Shown here piece after piece: positions 57,019 through 64,000 of a stretch of 64,000 nt of DNA. The stretch is taken from the NCBI GenBank assembly GCA_963793725.1, contig CAWCAY010000006.1:28478-92477 (forward strand). The letters run 5' to 3'. The notes beneath the pieces were generated by a model. It worked only from the letters and a program-made list of their open reading frames with translations. It searched no databases and had not been told where the DNA came from. Position numbers and translations under genes: made by a program. This DNA is from an uncultured bacterium. Its GTDB lineage: Bacteria > JAUVQV01 > CAWCAY01. The first letter of the stretch is position 1, and every line of letters begins with the position of its first letter.

Positions 57019-57078
57019 GGCGGAACTGGCGGAACTGGCGGAACTGGCGACGCGACGGTTCTGGCGGAACGGCGGAAC
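57019..57078 (-). repeat. Five copies of GGCGGAAC (3 as a perfect 9-mer tandem GGCGGAACT) in the leader of the kinase/regulator operon
   Basis: 57019-57045 is 3 x GGCGGAACT. Further copies lie at 57063-57070 and 57071-57078. On the mRNA strand the motif reads GTTCCGCC. Confidence 0.85.
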
Positions 57079-57112
57079 CCGGGGGGCGAACGCCCTCCGG
57101 CACTGCCACGGG

Positions 57113-57141
57113 AGCATAGCAGCCGCGGCGGCGGTTGGCAA
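57113..57141 (-). promoter_or_regulatory. Candidate sigma70 promoter for the PilS/PilR-like operon
   Basis: The minus strand reads TTGCCA (57141-57136), 17 nt, TATGCT (57118-57113). Confidence 0.4.
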
Positions 57142-57163
57142 GCGCCGGGCGGCGGCTGACGAC

Positions 57164-58027
57164 TTAGTGCAGGAAGTCGGCCAGCATCCGGACCTTGGCC
57201 TTCTTGAGCAGCTTCTTCTTGGCCTTCTTCTCGATCTGGCGGATGCGCTCCCGCGACAGGCCGAGCTTCTCGCCCACCTTCTCCAGCGTGAGGGGGCCGT
57301 CGGCGCCGATCCCGAAGCGCATCCGGATGACCCGCTCTTCGCGTTCCGACAGGTCCTTCAGCAGCTTGCCGATCTCGTCGTTCAGGGAGTCGTCGATCAG
57401 CTCCTGGTCGACCGGCGGGATGTTGTCGGCGGTCATCAGGTCGAGGTAGGCGGTATCGGAGTCCTCGCCGATCGGCGCCTCGAGGGAGAGCGCCCGGCGG
57501 GACACGCGCATGATCTCCTCGACCTCGTTTTCGGTCATGTCCATGGCCGCCGCCACCTCGCGGGAGTAAGGTTCGCGCCCCAGTTCGCGGGTCATGCGGG
57601 ACATCCTCTCCCGGATCCGGTAGAGCAGCCCGGCCTGCTTCAGCGGCAGGCGGACGGAGCCGCACTGCTCGGCCAGGGCCTGCATGATCGCCTGGCGGAT
57701 CCACCAGACGGCGTAGGAGATGAACTTGACCCCCTTGTCGGGATCGAACCGGCGGGCGGCCTCCATCAGGCCGATGTTCCCCTCGTTGATCAGGTCGAGC
57801 AGCGCGATGCCGCACGAGCGGTACTTGTTGGCAATGCTGACCACGAAGCGGAGGTTCGCCTCGACCATCTGCGACACCGCCTCCTCGTCGCCCGCCCGGA
57901 TACGCAGGGCGAGGGCGATCTCACCCTCGCGGGTCAGCAGCGGAATCCGCGATATCTCCTTGAGGTACGTCCCCAGGCTGGTTCGCTTGACCAGCCGGGA
58001 ACCGATGTCGGTGTCGGTCTCAGCCAT
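57164..58027 (-). CDS. Sigma-70 family RNA polymerase sigma factor (RpoD/RpoS-like, regions 2-4; 287 aa)
   Basis: LGTYLKEISRIPLLTREGE..NLRFVVSIANKY..LLDLINEGNIGLMEAARRFDPDKGVKFISYAVWWIRQAI..TLEKVGEKLGLSRERIRQIE. ATG 58027 overlaps the hspR stop by 8 nt. Confidence 0.9.
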   Translation of the reverse strand: MAETDTDIGSRLVKRTSLGTYLKEISRIPLLTREGEIALALRIRAGDEEAVSQMVEANLRFVVSIANKYRSCGIALLDLINEGNIGLMEAARRFDPDKGVKFISYAVWWIRQAIMQALAEQCGSVRLPLKQAGLLYRIRERMSRMTRELGREPYSREVAAAMDMTENEVEEIMRVSRRALSLEAPIGEDSDTAYLDLMTADNIPPVDQELIDDSLNDEIGKLLKDLSEREERVIRMRFGIGADGPLTLEKVGEKLGLSRERIRQIEKKAKKKLLKKAKVRMLADFLH

Positions 58028-58430
58028 GCTCCTTCCCGCCCGGTTCGCGCGAACCGCCCGGGCTCCCCGGCCTCGGCGACAGCGGCACCAGGGCGTCACG
58101 TGCCTCCATGAGCCGCACCTCGCGCTGCACCTCGCGCCGGATGTACTCGGTCAACCGCAGGTTCTCCTTGCGCATCTCCTCGAGCTTCCGCCGCATCTCC
58201 AGAATCACCTCGACCCCGGCCAGGTTCACCCCCAGGTCGCGGGTCATGTGGAGAATCCGTCGGATGTCCTCGACATCATCGTCCGAGTAAAGCCGGGTGT
58301 TCCCCTCGGTCCGGCCGGGCCGTATGAATCCCTCCCGCTCGTACAGCCGCAGGGTCTGGGGATGAATCTCCAGCATCCCGGCCACCACGCTGATCATGTA
58401 AAGCGGTCGTCTGTTTCTTGCCATGGTCAA
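58020..58430 (-). CDS. hspR: MerR-family heat-shock repressor HspR
   Basis: YMISVVAGMLEIHPQTLRLYEREGFIRPGRTEGNTRLYSDDDVEDIRRILHMTRDLGVNLAGVEVILEM. It lies downstream of a dnaJ-like gene, as is typical for hspR. Confidence 0.85.
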   Translation of the reverse strand: MTMARNRRPLYMISVVAGMLEIHPQTLRLYEREGFIRPGRTEGNTRLYSDDDVEDIRRILHMTRDLGVNLAGVEVILEMRRKLEEMRKENLRLTEYIRREVQREVRLMEARDALVPLSPRPGSPGGSREPGGKEHG

Positions 58431-58485
58431 TTATCCCGATTTGGACACGTTTGACCAGAAAAAAGTGCCCCGGCTCATTCCGATT

Positions 58486-59400
58486 TCACTCGGGCCGCGC
58501 GCCGAAGGCCAGGGCCAGGGCCCGGTAAGCCTCGGCCTGCTGGGGGGTGACCGGCTCGGGCACGGTGACTCTCAGTTCAACGAATTGGTCGCCGCGTCGA
58601 CCCGACTTGAGATTGGGAATGCCTCGCCCCGGGAGACGGATCCGCTGCCCGGGCTGGCTGCCGGGCGGCACCGTCACCTCCAGCGGGCCATCGATGGACG
58701 GGACCGTGCCGACGGTTCCCAGGGCGGCTTCCCAGGCGGTCAGGCTCATCGAGCCGTAGAGATTGTCCCCGCGGCGCTCCAGGTCGGGTCTCCCTTCGAT
58801 CCGGGTGATGACGATCAGGTCCCCCGGGCGTCCGCCCGGCGGACCGCCATGGCCCAGGCCGCGCTTCCGGATCTCGCTCCCGGTGGCCACCCCGGCCGGA
58901 ATGAGCACCCGCACCCGGTCGGTCCGCTCCACCAAGCCGGTGCCGCCGCAGGCGTCGCACCGCCGGTCCACCTCCCGGCTCCCCCCGCAGGAGGGGCAGG
59001 CGAGCTTCCGCCGCACGTCGCGGTGTATCTCGGCCCCGCGGGCGGCCTCGATGATGTTCAGCGCGACCAGGATCCGGATGTCCTCCCCGGCGGCCCCGAA
59101 GCGGATGCCGCCGGGCGGTCCGCGGCCGTCCGGTCCCGCGGTCGGCGGCGGACACCCCCGCCATCTCCGGGTGCTGACGGAGGAAGCCGCCGTGCCCGAG
59201 CCGGTCGTACTCGCTCGCGGCGGCCGGGGTCGAGCAGCACGTCGTGGGCCAGGCGCAGTTCGAGGTAGCGGTGCGCTTCGGCCGCGTCGCCCGGATTGAC
59301 CTCGGGATGGCACTTGCGGCGACAGCTTGCGGAAGGCCTTCCGGATGCACTTCGCGTCGGCCATGCTCGGCACGCCCAGGCAGGCATAGAAGCTGGCCAT
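58486..59400 (-). pseudogene. DnaJ/CbpA-like co-chaperone (J domain, one Zn-finger pair, C-terminal substrate domains) with at least 3 frame slips in the J-domain/linker
   Basis: MASFYACLGVPSMADAKCIRKAFRKLS is followed by a slip at about 59320. It then reads RKCHPEVNPGDAAEAHRYLELRLAHDVLLDPGRR (HPD-type motif HPE). A slip at about 59215 gives EYDRLGHGGF. A further slip at about 59110-59160 returns to the 58486 ORF frame (CPSCGGSREV..CDACGGTG..GDLIVITRIE..PGRGIPNLKSGRRGDQFVELRVTVP). Confidence 0.8.
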
Positions 59401-59403
59401 GGA

Positions 59404-59852
59404 CTACAGTTCCGCGATGGGGATTGCGGTCCCCCCCGACCGCCCGCCTTGGGCAGGGTCACCCGCAGCACCCCGTCCTTGAGGACCGCCCGGACGCCTT
59501 CGGCGGCGACCGCCGTGGGGAGGGCGAACGACCGCTTGAACGAGCCGTAGCCGCCCTCCAAACGCTGGCAGTCCTCCTTCCGCAAACCGGGCGGCGGGAA
59601 GTGGCGCTCGCCCGAAAGGGTGACGCTGCCACCGTCCACCTCGATCCGCACGTTGGCCATCGGCACCCCCGGCAGTTCGGCAGCCAGGTGGAAGGCGTCG
59701 TCCGTCTCGTAGATGTCCACCGACGGCGACCAGGTATCGAGATCCACGTCGGCCAGCGACGGGGAGAGGCCCTGCAGGTGCTCCTCGAAGAGATAGTTGA
59801 TCCGGTCGTGAAAGTAGAGCAGATCCTTCAGCACGTCGCGTGGAAGATACAT
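59404..59852 (-). pseudogene. Hsp20/alpha-crystallin small heat-shock protein; the C-terminal frame is lost in a C7 run (59431-59437)
   Basis: SPSVDIYETDDAFHLAAELPGVPMANVRIEVDGGSVTLSGER..GSFKRSFALP..VRAVLKDGVLRVTLPK. Adding one C restores ..GRGGTAIPIAEL followed by a stop at 59404-59406, which includes the sHSP IxI motif. Confidence 0.88.
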
Positions 59853-59881
59853 TGATTTGTCTCCAGTTTTATCCTTTGCGT

Positions 59882-59911
59882 AATATAAATATTGAGTCGT
59901 CCATAGTCAAG
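59882..59911 (-). promoter_or_regulatory. Sigma70 promoter overlapped by a HAIR-like (HspR-associated inverted repeat) operator
   Basis: The minus strand reads TTGACT (59910-59905), 17 nt, TATATT (59887-59882). CTTGACT-N7-ACTCAAT (59911-59891) matches the HAIR consensus CTTGAGT-N7-ACTCAAG at 12 of 14 positions. Confidence 0.65.
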
Positions 59912-60000
59912 TACATCCGCCGGTTGGGAAGATCGCTTGCATCGGGTCGGCCGGTCGTGCTATATGTACTTTTTTACAATGAAGCAAAGATTTCCTAACG

Positions 60001-60945
60001 TTGACCGACTTGACCAGGGAGGATCTGCTCCGCCTCCTCCACTTGGCGCGCGCCCTCAAGGCGGGACGGCTGGCCTTCCCCTCGCCGCCGCTGGCCGGAA
60101 AGACCCTGCTCCTGCTGTTCGACAAGCACTCCACCCGGACCCGCATCTCCTTCCAGGTGGGCATGTTCCAGTTGGGCGGGCTGGGCATCGAGCTGCGCAG
60201 CCAGGACACCCAGATCACCCGCGGCGAGCCGCTGCGCGACACCGCCCGGGTCATCTCCCGCTACGCCGACGCCCTGTGCATCAGGACCTTCTCCCAGGAG
60301 GACCTCGACGCGTGGGCGGCCGCATCGTCCATCCCGGTCATCAACGCGCTGTCGGACAGCTACCATCCCTGCCAGATCATGGCCGACCTGCTGACCATCC
60401 TGGAGCGCTACGGAACGCTGGCCGGGCGGAAGGTCGTCTACATCGGCGACGGGAACAACGTCCTCCACTCGTGGATCAGCGCCTGCTGCCTGCTGGATAT
60501 CGAGTTGGTCATGGCCGTCCCGGAAGGCTACGACCCCGACCAAGGCGTGATCAAGGCCTGCGCCGCCATCGGCTGGCGGGGGAAGCCGCCCCGCCTGGTG
60601 CGCGACCCGCGCGAAGCGGTTCCCGGGGCGCACGCGCTGTACACCGACGTCTGGACCAGCATGGGCCAGGAGAGCGAGCGCGACCGGCGCCTGGCCGACT
60701 TCCGGGGCTACCAGATCAACCGCGAGCTGGTAGCCGCCGCGGGGTCCGACCCGATGGTCCTGCACTGTCTCCCCGCCCACCGCGACGAGGAGATCACCGA
60801 CGAGATATTCGAGTCTTCGGCGGCGGAGATCTTCCGCCAGGCCGAGAACCGGCTCCATGTCCAGAAGGCCCTGCTGCTGAGCCTCCTGGCGCCGGAGACG
60901 GCCGCGCAGTTCAACCGGGAGAACCCCGCCGGCGAGACCGTCTGA
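60001..60945 (+). CDS. argF: Ornithine carbamoyltransferase
   Basis: STRTRISF, HPCQ(I)MADL and HCLPA motifs. The ORF-track start is TTG 60001. The conserved N-terminus DFLTLTDLTREDLL extends upstream in this frame to a TGA at 59980-59982. ATG 59979 is one frame off, so the true start is probably 59979 with a 1-nt error in the AAA run at 59986-59988. Confidence 0.92.
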   Translation: MTDLTREDLLRLLHLARALKAGRLAFPSPPLAGKTLLLLFDKHSTRTRISFQVGMFQLGGLGIELRSQDTQITRGEPLRDTARVISRYADALCIRTFSQEDLDAWAAASSIPVINALSDSYHPCQIMADLLTILERYGTLAGRKVVYIGDGNNVLHSWISACCLLDIELVMAVPEGYDPDQGVIKACAAIGWRGKPPRLVRDPREAVPGAHALYTDVWTSMGQESERDRRLADFRGYQINRELVAAAGSDPMVLHCLPAHRDEEITDEIFESSAAEIFRQAENRLHVQKALLLSLLAPETAAQFNRENPAGETV

Positions 60946-60973
60946 CCGCCGCGCATCATTGGGAGGCACGGGC

Positions 60974-62191
60974 ATGACTCCATCCGTCAAGAAAGTCGTT
61001 CTGGCATATTCCGGGGGCCTGGACACCTCGGTCATGGTCAAGTGGCTGATCGAGAACTACGGCTGCCAGGTGATCACCCTGTCGGCCGACCTGGGGCAGG
61101 ACGAGGACCTCGAAGCGATCCGCTCCAAGGCCCTGGCCTGCGGCGCCTCGAAGGCGGTGGTCGAGGACCTGCGCGAGGTCTTCGCCCGGGATTACGTCCT
61201 CCCCGCCCTGCAGGCCGGCGCCGTCTACGAGCGCAAGTACTTCCTGGCGACCGCCCTGGGCCGGCCGCTGATCGCCCAGCGGATGGTCGAGCTGGCCCGG
61301 CGCGAGGGGGCCGACGCCGTGGCCCACGGCTCGACCGGCAAGGGGAACGACCAGGTCCGCTTCGACGTCTCGATCATGGCCCTCGACCCCGACCTGGCCA
61401 TCCTGGCCCCGGTGCGCACCTGGGAACTCAAGTCTCGCGACGAGGAGATCGAGTACGCCCAGGTCCACGGCATCCCGATCCCGGTGACCAAGGAGAAGCC
61501 CTACAGCATCGACAAGAACCTATGGGGGATCAGCATCGAGGCGGGCAACCTGGAGGACCCCTGGGTCGAGCCGCCCAAGGACATCTACCACATGGTCACC
61601 CCGCCGACCCTCGCCCCGGACAACCCGATCCACGTCGAGATTGCCTTCGAGGCCGGCGTCCCGGTGGCCATCAACGGCCGCACCCTCGGCCTGCCCGAGC
61701 TGATCGCCGAACTGAACCTGCAGGCCGGGCGCAACGGCGTCGGCCTGGTCGACCTGGTCGAGAACCGACTGGTGGGCATCAAGTCGCGCGAGGTCTACGA
61801 GGCGCCGGCGGCGACCGTGCTGCACGCCGCTCACCGCGAGCTGGAGTGCCTGGTGCTCGACCGCGAGACGCTCCACCAGAAGGAACAGCTGGCCATCCGG
61901 TACGCCGAGCAGATCTACTACGGTCTCTGGTTCGCCCCGCTACGTCGGGCGCTCGACGGCTTCGTCCGCGAGACCGAGCTCGACATCACCGGCACCGTCC
62001 GGCTGATGCTCTACAAGGGGAACTGCGTGCCCACCGGCCGCAAGTCGCCCAATTCCCTGTACGACCTCCACCTGGCCACCTACGACGCCCGGGACACCTT
62101 CGACCACCGCGCCGGCGAGGCCTTCTGCAAGGTCTGGGGGCTGCCGCTGCGGACCATGGCCCGGGTCAAGCGGGGAGACCTGCGGGACTAG
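60974..62191 (+). CDS. argG: Argininosuccinate synthase
   Basis: A GGGAGG RBS (60961-60966) lies 7 nt before ATG 60974. VVLAYSGGLDTSV..HGSTGKGNDQVRF.. Confidence 0.96.
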   Translation: MTPSVKKVVLAYSGGLDTSVMVKWLIENYGCQVITLSADLGQDEDLEAIRSKALACGASKAVVEDLREVFARDYVLPALQAGAVYERKYFLATALGRPLIAQRMVELARREGADAVAHGSTGKGNDQVRFDVSIMALDPDLAILAPVRTWELKSRDEEIEYAQVHGIPIPVTKEKPYSIDKNLWGISIEAGNLEDPWVEPPKDIYHMVTPPTLAPDNPIHVEIAFEAGVPVAINGRTLGLPELIAELNLQAGRNGVGLVDLVENRLVGIKSREVYEAPAATVLHAAHRELECLVLDRETLHQKEQLAIRYAEQIYYGLWFAPLRRALDGFVRETELDITGTVRLMLYKGNCVPTGRKSPNSLYDLHLATYDARDTFDHRAGEAFCKVWGLPLRTMARVKRGDLRD

Positions 62192-62331
62192 GACGGTCCC
62201 GGTCCGTCCGGGAGGAGGCTGGGGTTGACGCCCCGGCTTTCTTCTGCGATGATATCCGGTACTATGGCCGCAGGCATGAGCAGTTTTCCACCGGCCCCCT
62301 TCCCGTCGTCCGATCCCGCGGAGGAATCCCG

Positions 62332-63720
62332 ATGAAGACGCTGTGGGGCGGCCGCTTCTCCGAAGAGCCGGACGCCCGGATGATGCGTTTCTCCGAGTCG
62401 TTCTCCTTCGACGTGCGGCTCCTCCCCCACGACATCCGGGGGAGCATCGCCCACGCCCGGATGCTCGGCGCGGTCGGCATCATCACCGCCGAGGAGAGCC
62501 GGCTGCTGGCGGAGGCCCTGACCGGGCTGCTGGCCGAGGCTGACGGCGCCCCGGCCGAAGGCTCCGGCGCCGAGGACGTCCACAGCTACGTCGAGAACCG
62601 GCTGCGCGAGCGGCTCGGCGACCTGGCCGGCAAGCTCCACACCGCCCGCAGCCGCAACGACCAGGTGGCCCTCGATCTGCGGCTCTACCTGCGGCACGTC
62701 TCGGGGGAGACCGCGGCCGGGCTGCGCAGGCTCCGGCGGGTGCTGATCGACCGCGCCCGGGAGCACGCCGATGCGATCATGCCCGGCTTCACCCACCTGC
62801 AGCCGGCCCAGCCGGTCCTGCTGGCCCACCACCTGCTGGCCTACGAGGAGATGTTCCGCCGCGACACCGGCCGCGTCAATGACGCCCTGGCACGGGCCGA
62901 CGAGCTGCCGCTGGGCGCGGGCGCCCTGGCCGGGACCACGCTGCCGATCGACCGGGAGGCGGTCGCTCGAGAACTCGGCTTCTCCGCCGTCTCCCGCAAC
63001 AGCCTCGACACGGTCAGCGAGCGTGATTTCCCGATCGAATTCGCCGCCGCCGCGGCGCTGATCATGGCCCACCTGTCGCGCCTCGGCGAGGAACTGGTCC
63101 TGTGGTCGTCGCCGGCTTACGGCTTCGTGGTCCTCCCCGACCGCCTGGCCACCGGCAGCAGCATGATGCCCCAGAAGAAGAATCCCGACATCGCCGAGCT
63201 GATCCGGGGAAGGAGCGGCCGGGTCTTCGGCCACCTGGTCGCCCTGCTGACCATGGTCAAGGGGCTGCCCCTGGCCTACCAGCGCGACTTGCAGGAGGAC
63301 AAGGAGGCCCTGTTCGACCTGGTCGACACCCTCACCGGCTGCCTCGACGCGGCTTCGATGCTGCTGGCCGGGATATCCTTCGATCGCGGGCGGATGCTGG
63401 CCGCCGCCGGGAGCGGGCACACCGTGGCCACCGACCTGGCCGAGTTCCTGGTGTCCCGGGGGATGCCCTTCCGCTCGGCCCACGAGGTGATCGGCGCGGT
63501 CGTCCGCACGGCCATATCCCGCGGGGTCGAGACGGCCGACCTCTCCCTCGACGACCTGCGCGCCCATTCGCCCCTGTTCGACGAGACGGCCATGGGCCTG
63601 CTCACGCCGGCTGGGTCCGTCGCCGCCAAGCGATCCTTCGGCTCGACCGCGCCGGAGCTGGTGTCCGAGGCCATCTCCGCCGCCGGGAAGCGCCTGGCCG
63701 GGGAGGAATCCCAACGGTGA
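62332..63720 (+). CDS. argH: Argininosuccinate lyase
   Basis: MKTLWGGRFSE..TARSRNDQVALD..GFTHLQPAQP..GSSMMPQKKNPD. A GGAGGA RBS is present. The first ~430 codons of the 61042 ORF are out-of-frame argG. Confidence 0.96.
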   Translation: MKTLWGGRFSEEPDARMMRFSESFSFDVRLLPHDIRGSIAHARMLGAVGIITAEESRLLAEALTGLLAEADGAPAEGSGAEDVHSYVENRLRERLGDLAGKLHTARSRNDQVALDLRLYLRHVSGETAAGLRRLRRVLIDRAREHADAIMPGFTHLQPAQPVLLAHHLLAYEEMFRRDTGRVNDALARADELPLGAGALAGTTLPIDREAVARELGFSAVSRNSLDTVSERDFPIEFAAAAALIMAHLSRLGEELVLWSSPAYGFVVLPDRLATGSSMMPQKKNPDIAELIRGRSGRVFGHLVALLTMVKGLPLAYQRDLQEDKEALFDLVDTLTGCLDAASMLLAGISFDRGRMLAAAGSGHTVATDLAEFLVSRGMPFRSAHEVIGAVVRTAISRGVETADLSLDDLRAHSPLFDETAMGLLTPAGSVAAKRSFGSTAPELVSEAISAAGKRLAGEESQR

Positions 63721-64000
63721 CGAAACCGTGCCGGATGTTCCTCTTCCTGGCCTTGCCGTGGATCGCGGCGTGCGTCGCCCCCCACGTCATCTCCGACCGC
63801 CTTCCGCCCGACCCGCCCGACCCGCCGGAGATCGCCGTGGCGGAACCGGCCGCCGAGCCGGCCGCCATCATCCCCGATCCGGCATCCCTCCAGGTGACCG
63901 AACCGCCCGTCGAGGCCGCCGTTCCCCCGTCCTTGACCGCCCCCACCGCGTCGGAGCCGCCGGCCGAGGCGACCGGGGCCCCGCCCGACTTGGCATCGTA
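63717..64000 (+). CDS. Partial CDS: small lipoprotein with a Pro/Ala/Glu-rich tail, continuing beyond the window
   Basis: My translation is VTKPCRMFLFLALPWIAACVAPHVISDRLPPDPPDPPEIAVAEPAAEPAA... GTG 63717 overlaps the argH stop (GTGA); ATG 63735 is an alternative. The frame stays open to the window end. Confidence 0.5.
   Translation, partial: MTKPCRMFLFLALPWIAACVAPHVISDRLPPDPPDPPEIAVAEPAAEPAAIIPDPASLQVTEPPVEAAVPPSLTAPTASEPPAEATGAPPDLAS

Noticed and set aside
57019-57078. Short tandem repeats (the 9-mers here, the 15/75-nt repeats at 13100-13420, the 426-bp repeats at 7155-8430) as a CRISPR array.
   Set aside because: The repeat lengths and spacing are wrong: there are no 25-40-nt repeats separated by unique spacers. 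Two of the three are coding repeats, and there are no cas genes in the window.
56781-57815. A 344-aa minus-strand ORF spanning the kinase start, the intergenic repeats and most of the sigma-factor gene.
   Set aside because: It overlaps two well-supported genes out of frame, its product is Arg/Pro/Gly-rich, and it has no motifs.
61042-62331. The N-terminal 430 codons of the 892-aa plus-strand ORF that ends as argH.
   Set aside because: This part is an out-of-frame read-through of argG (Arg/Pro-rich nonsense). The recognisable lyase begins at MKTLWGGRFSE (ATG 62332), which has its own GGAGGA RBS.

Overview
This is a high-GC bacterial chromosome segment (roughly two-thirds G+C by eye). It is almost entirely core metabolism, envelope and signalling genes, and nearly all genes lie on the minus strand.

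Content, left to right:
1. A cyclic beta-1,2-glucan-synthase-like gene that is frame-broken and truncated at its 3' end by the window edge.
2. A 9.5-kb signalling block (3.4-12.8 kb) with five two-component proteins. Two carry CxxCH haem-c sensor domains and one carries a recently triplicated PAS module. A GalT/HIT-like enzyme is translationally coupled to a CheY-like regulator.
3. A more AT-rich 3-kb islet (12.8-15.8 kb) with a pentapeptide-repeat protein, lipoproteins and orphan ORFs, abutting tRNA-fMet.
4. coaE; clpX-clpP-tig; a five-tRNA array (Leu-UAG, Lys-CUU, Arg-UCG, His-GUG, Arg-UCU); a DUF3365-GGDEF cyclase; tRNA-Glu and tRNA-Lys; and purA-hisZ-serA plus a class-V aminotransferase.
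5. An LpoA-like / ExeA-like / giant TPR trio.
6. An lplA-like ligase with gcvPB-gcvPA-gcvH-gcvT, then thiE, accC-accB, an M24 peptidase and aroQ.
7. A roadblock/LC7 protein, a Pro-rich TPR protein and a lipoprotein.
8. aroB-aroK-aroC and pilQPONM, with a PilS/PilR-like pair.
9. An HspR-type heat-shock operon (hsp20, dnaJ-like, hspR, a sigma-70-family factor) with a HAIR-like operator.
10. argF-argG-argH on the plus strand.

The pilMNOPQ-aroCKB and aroQ/accBC arrangement matches what I recall from Geobacter-type Desulfuromonadota, so a high-GC relative is a tentative guess only. I saw no CRISPR array, transposase, integrase or recognisable defence system.

Major caveat: 15-16 of about 58 protein genes cannot be read in a single frame. 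The breaks occur in patches and are often at short G/C runs. I read this as consensus indel error rather than real gene decay. I still list these genes as pseudogenes because that is what the sequence shows as assembled.

All family calls rest on motifs I recognise by eye in the supplied translations and in my own re-translations. No searches or computations were run.
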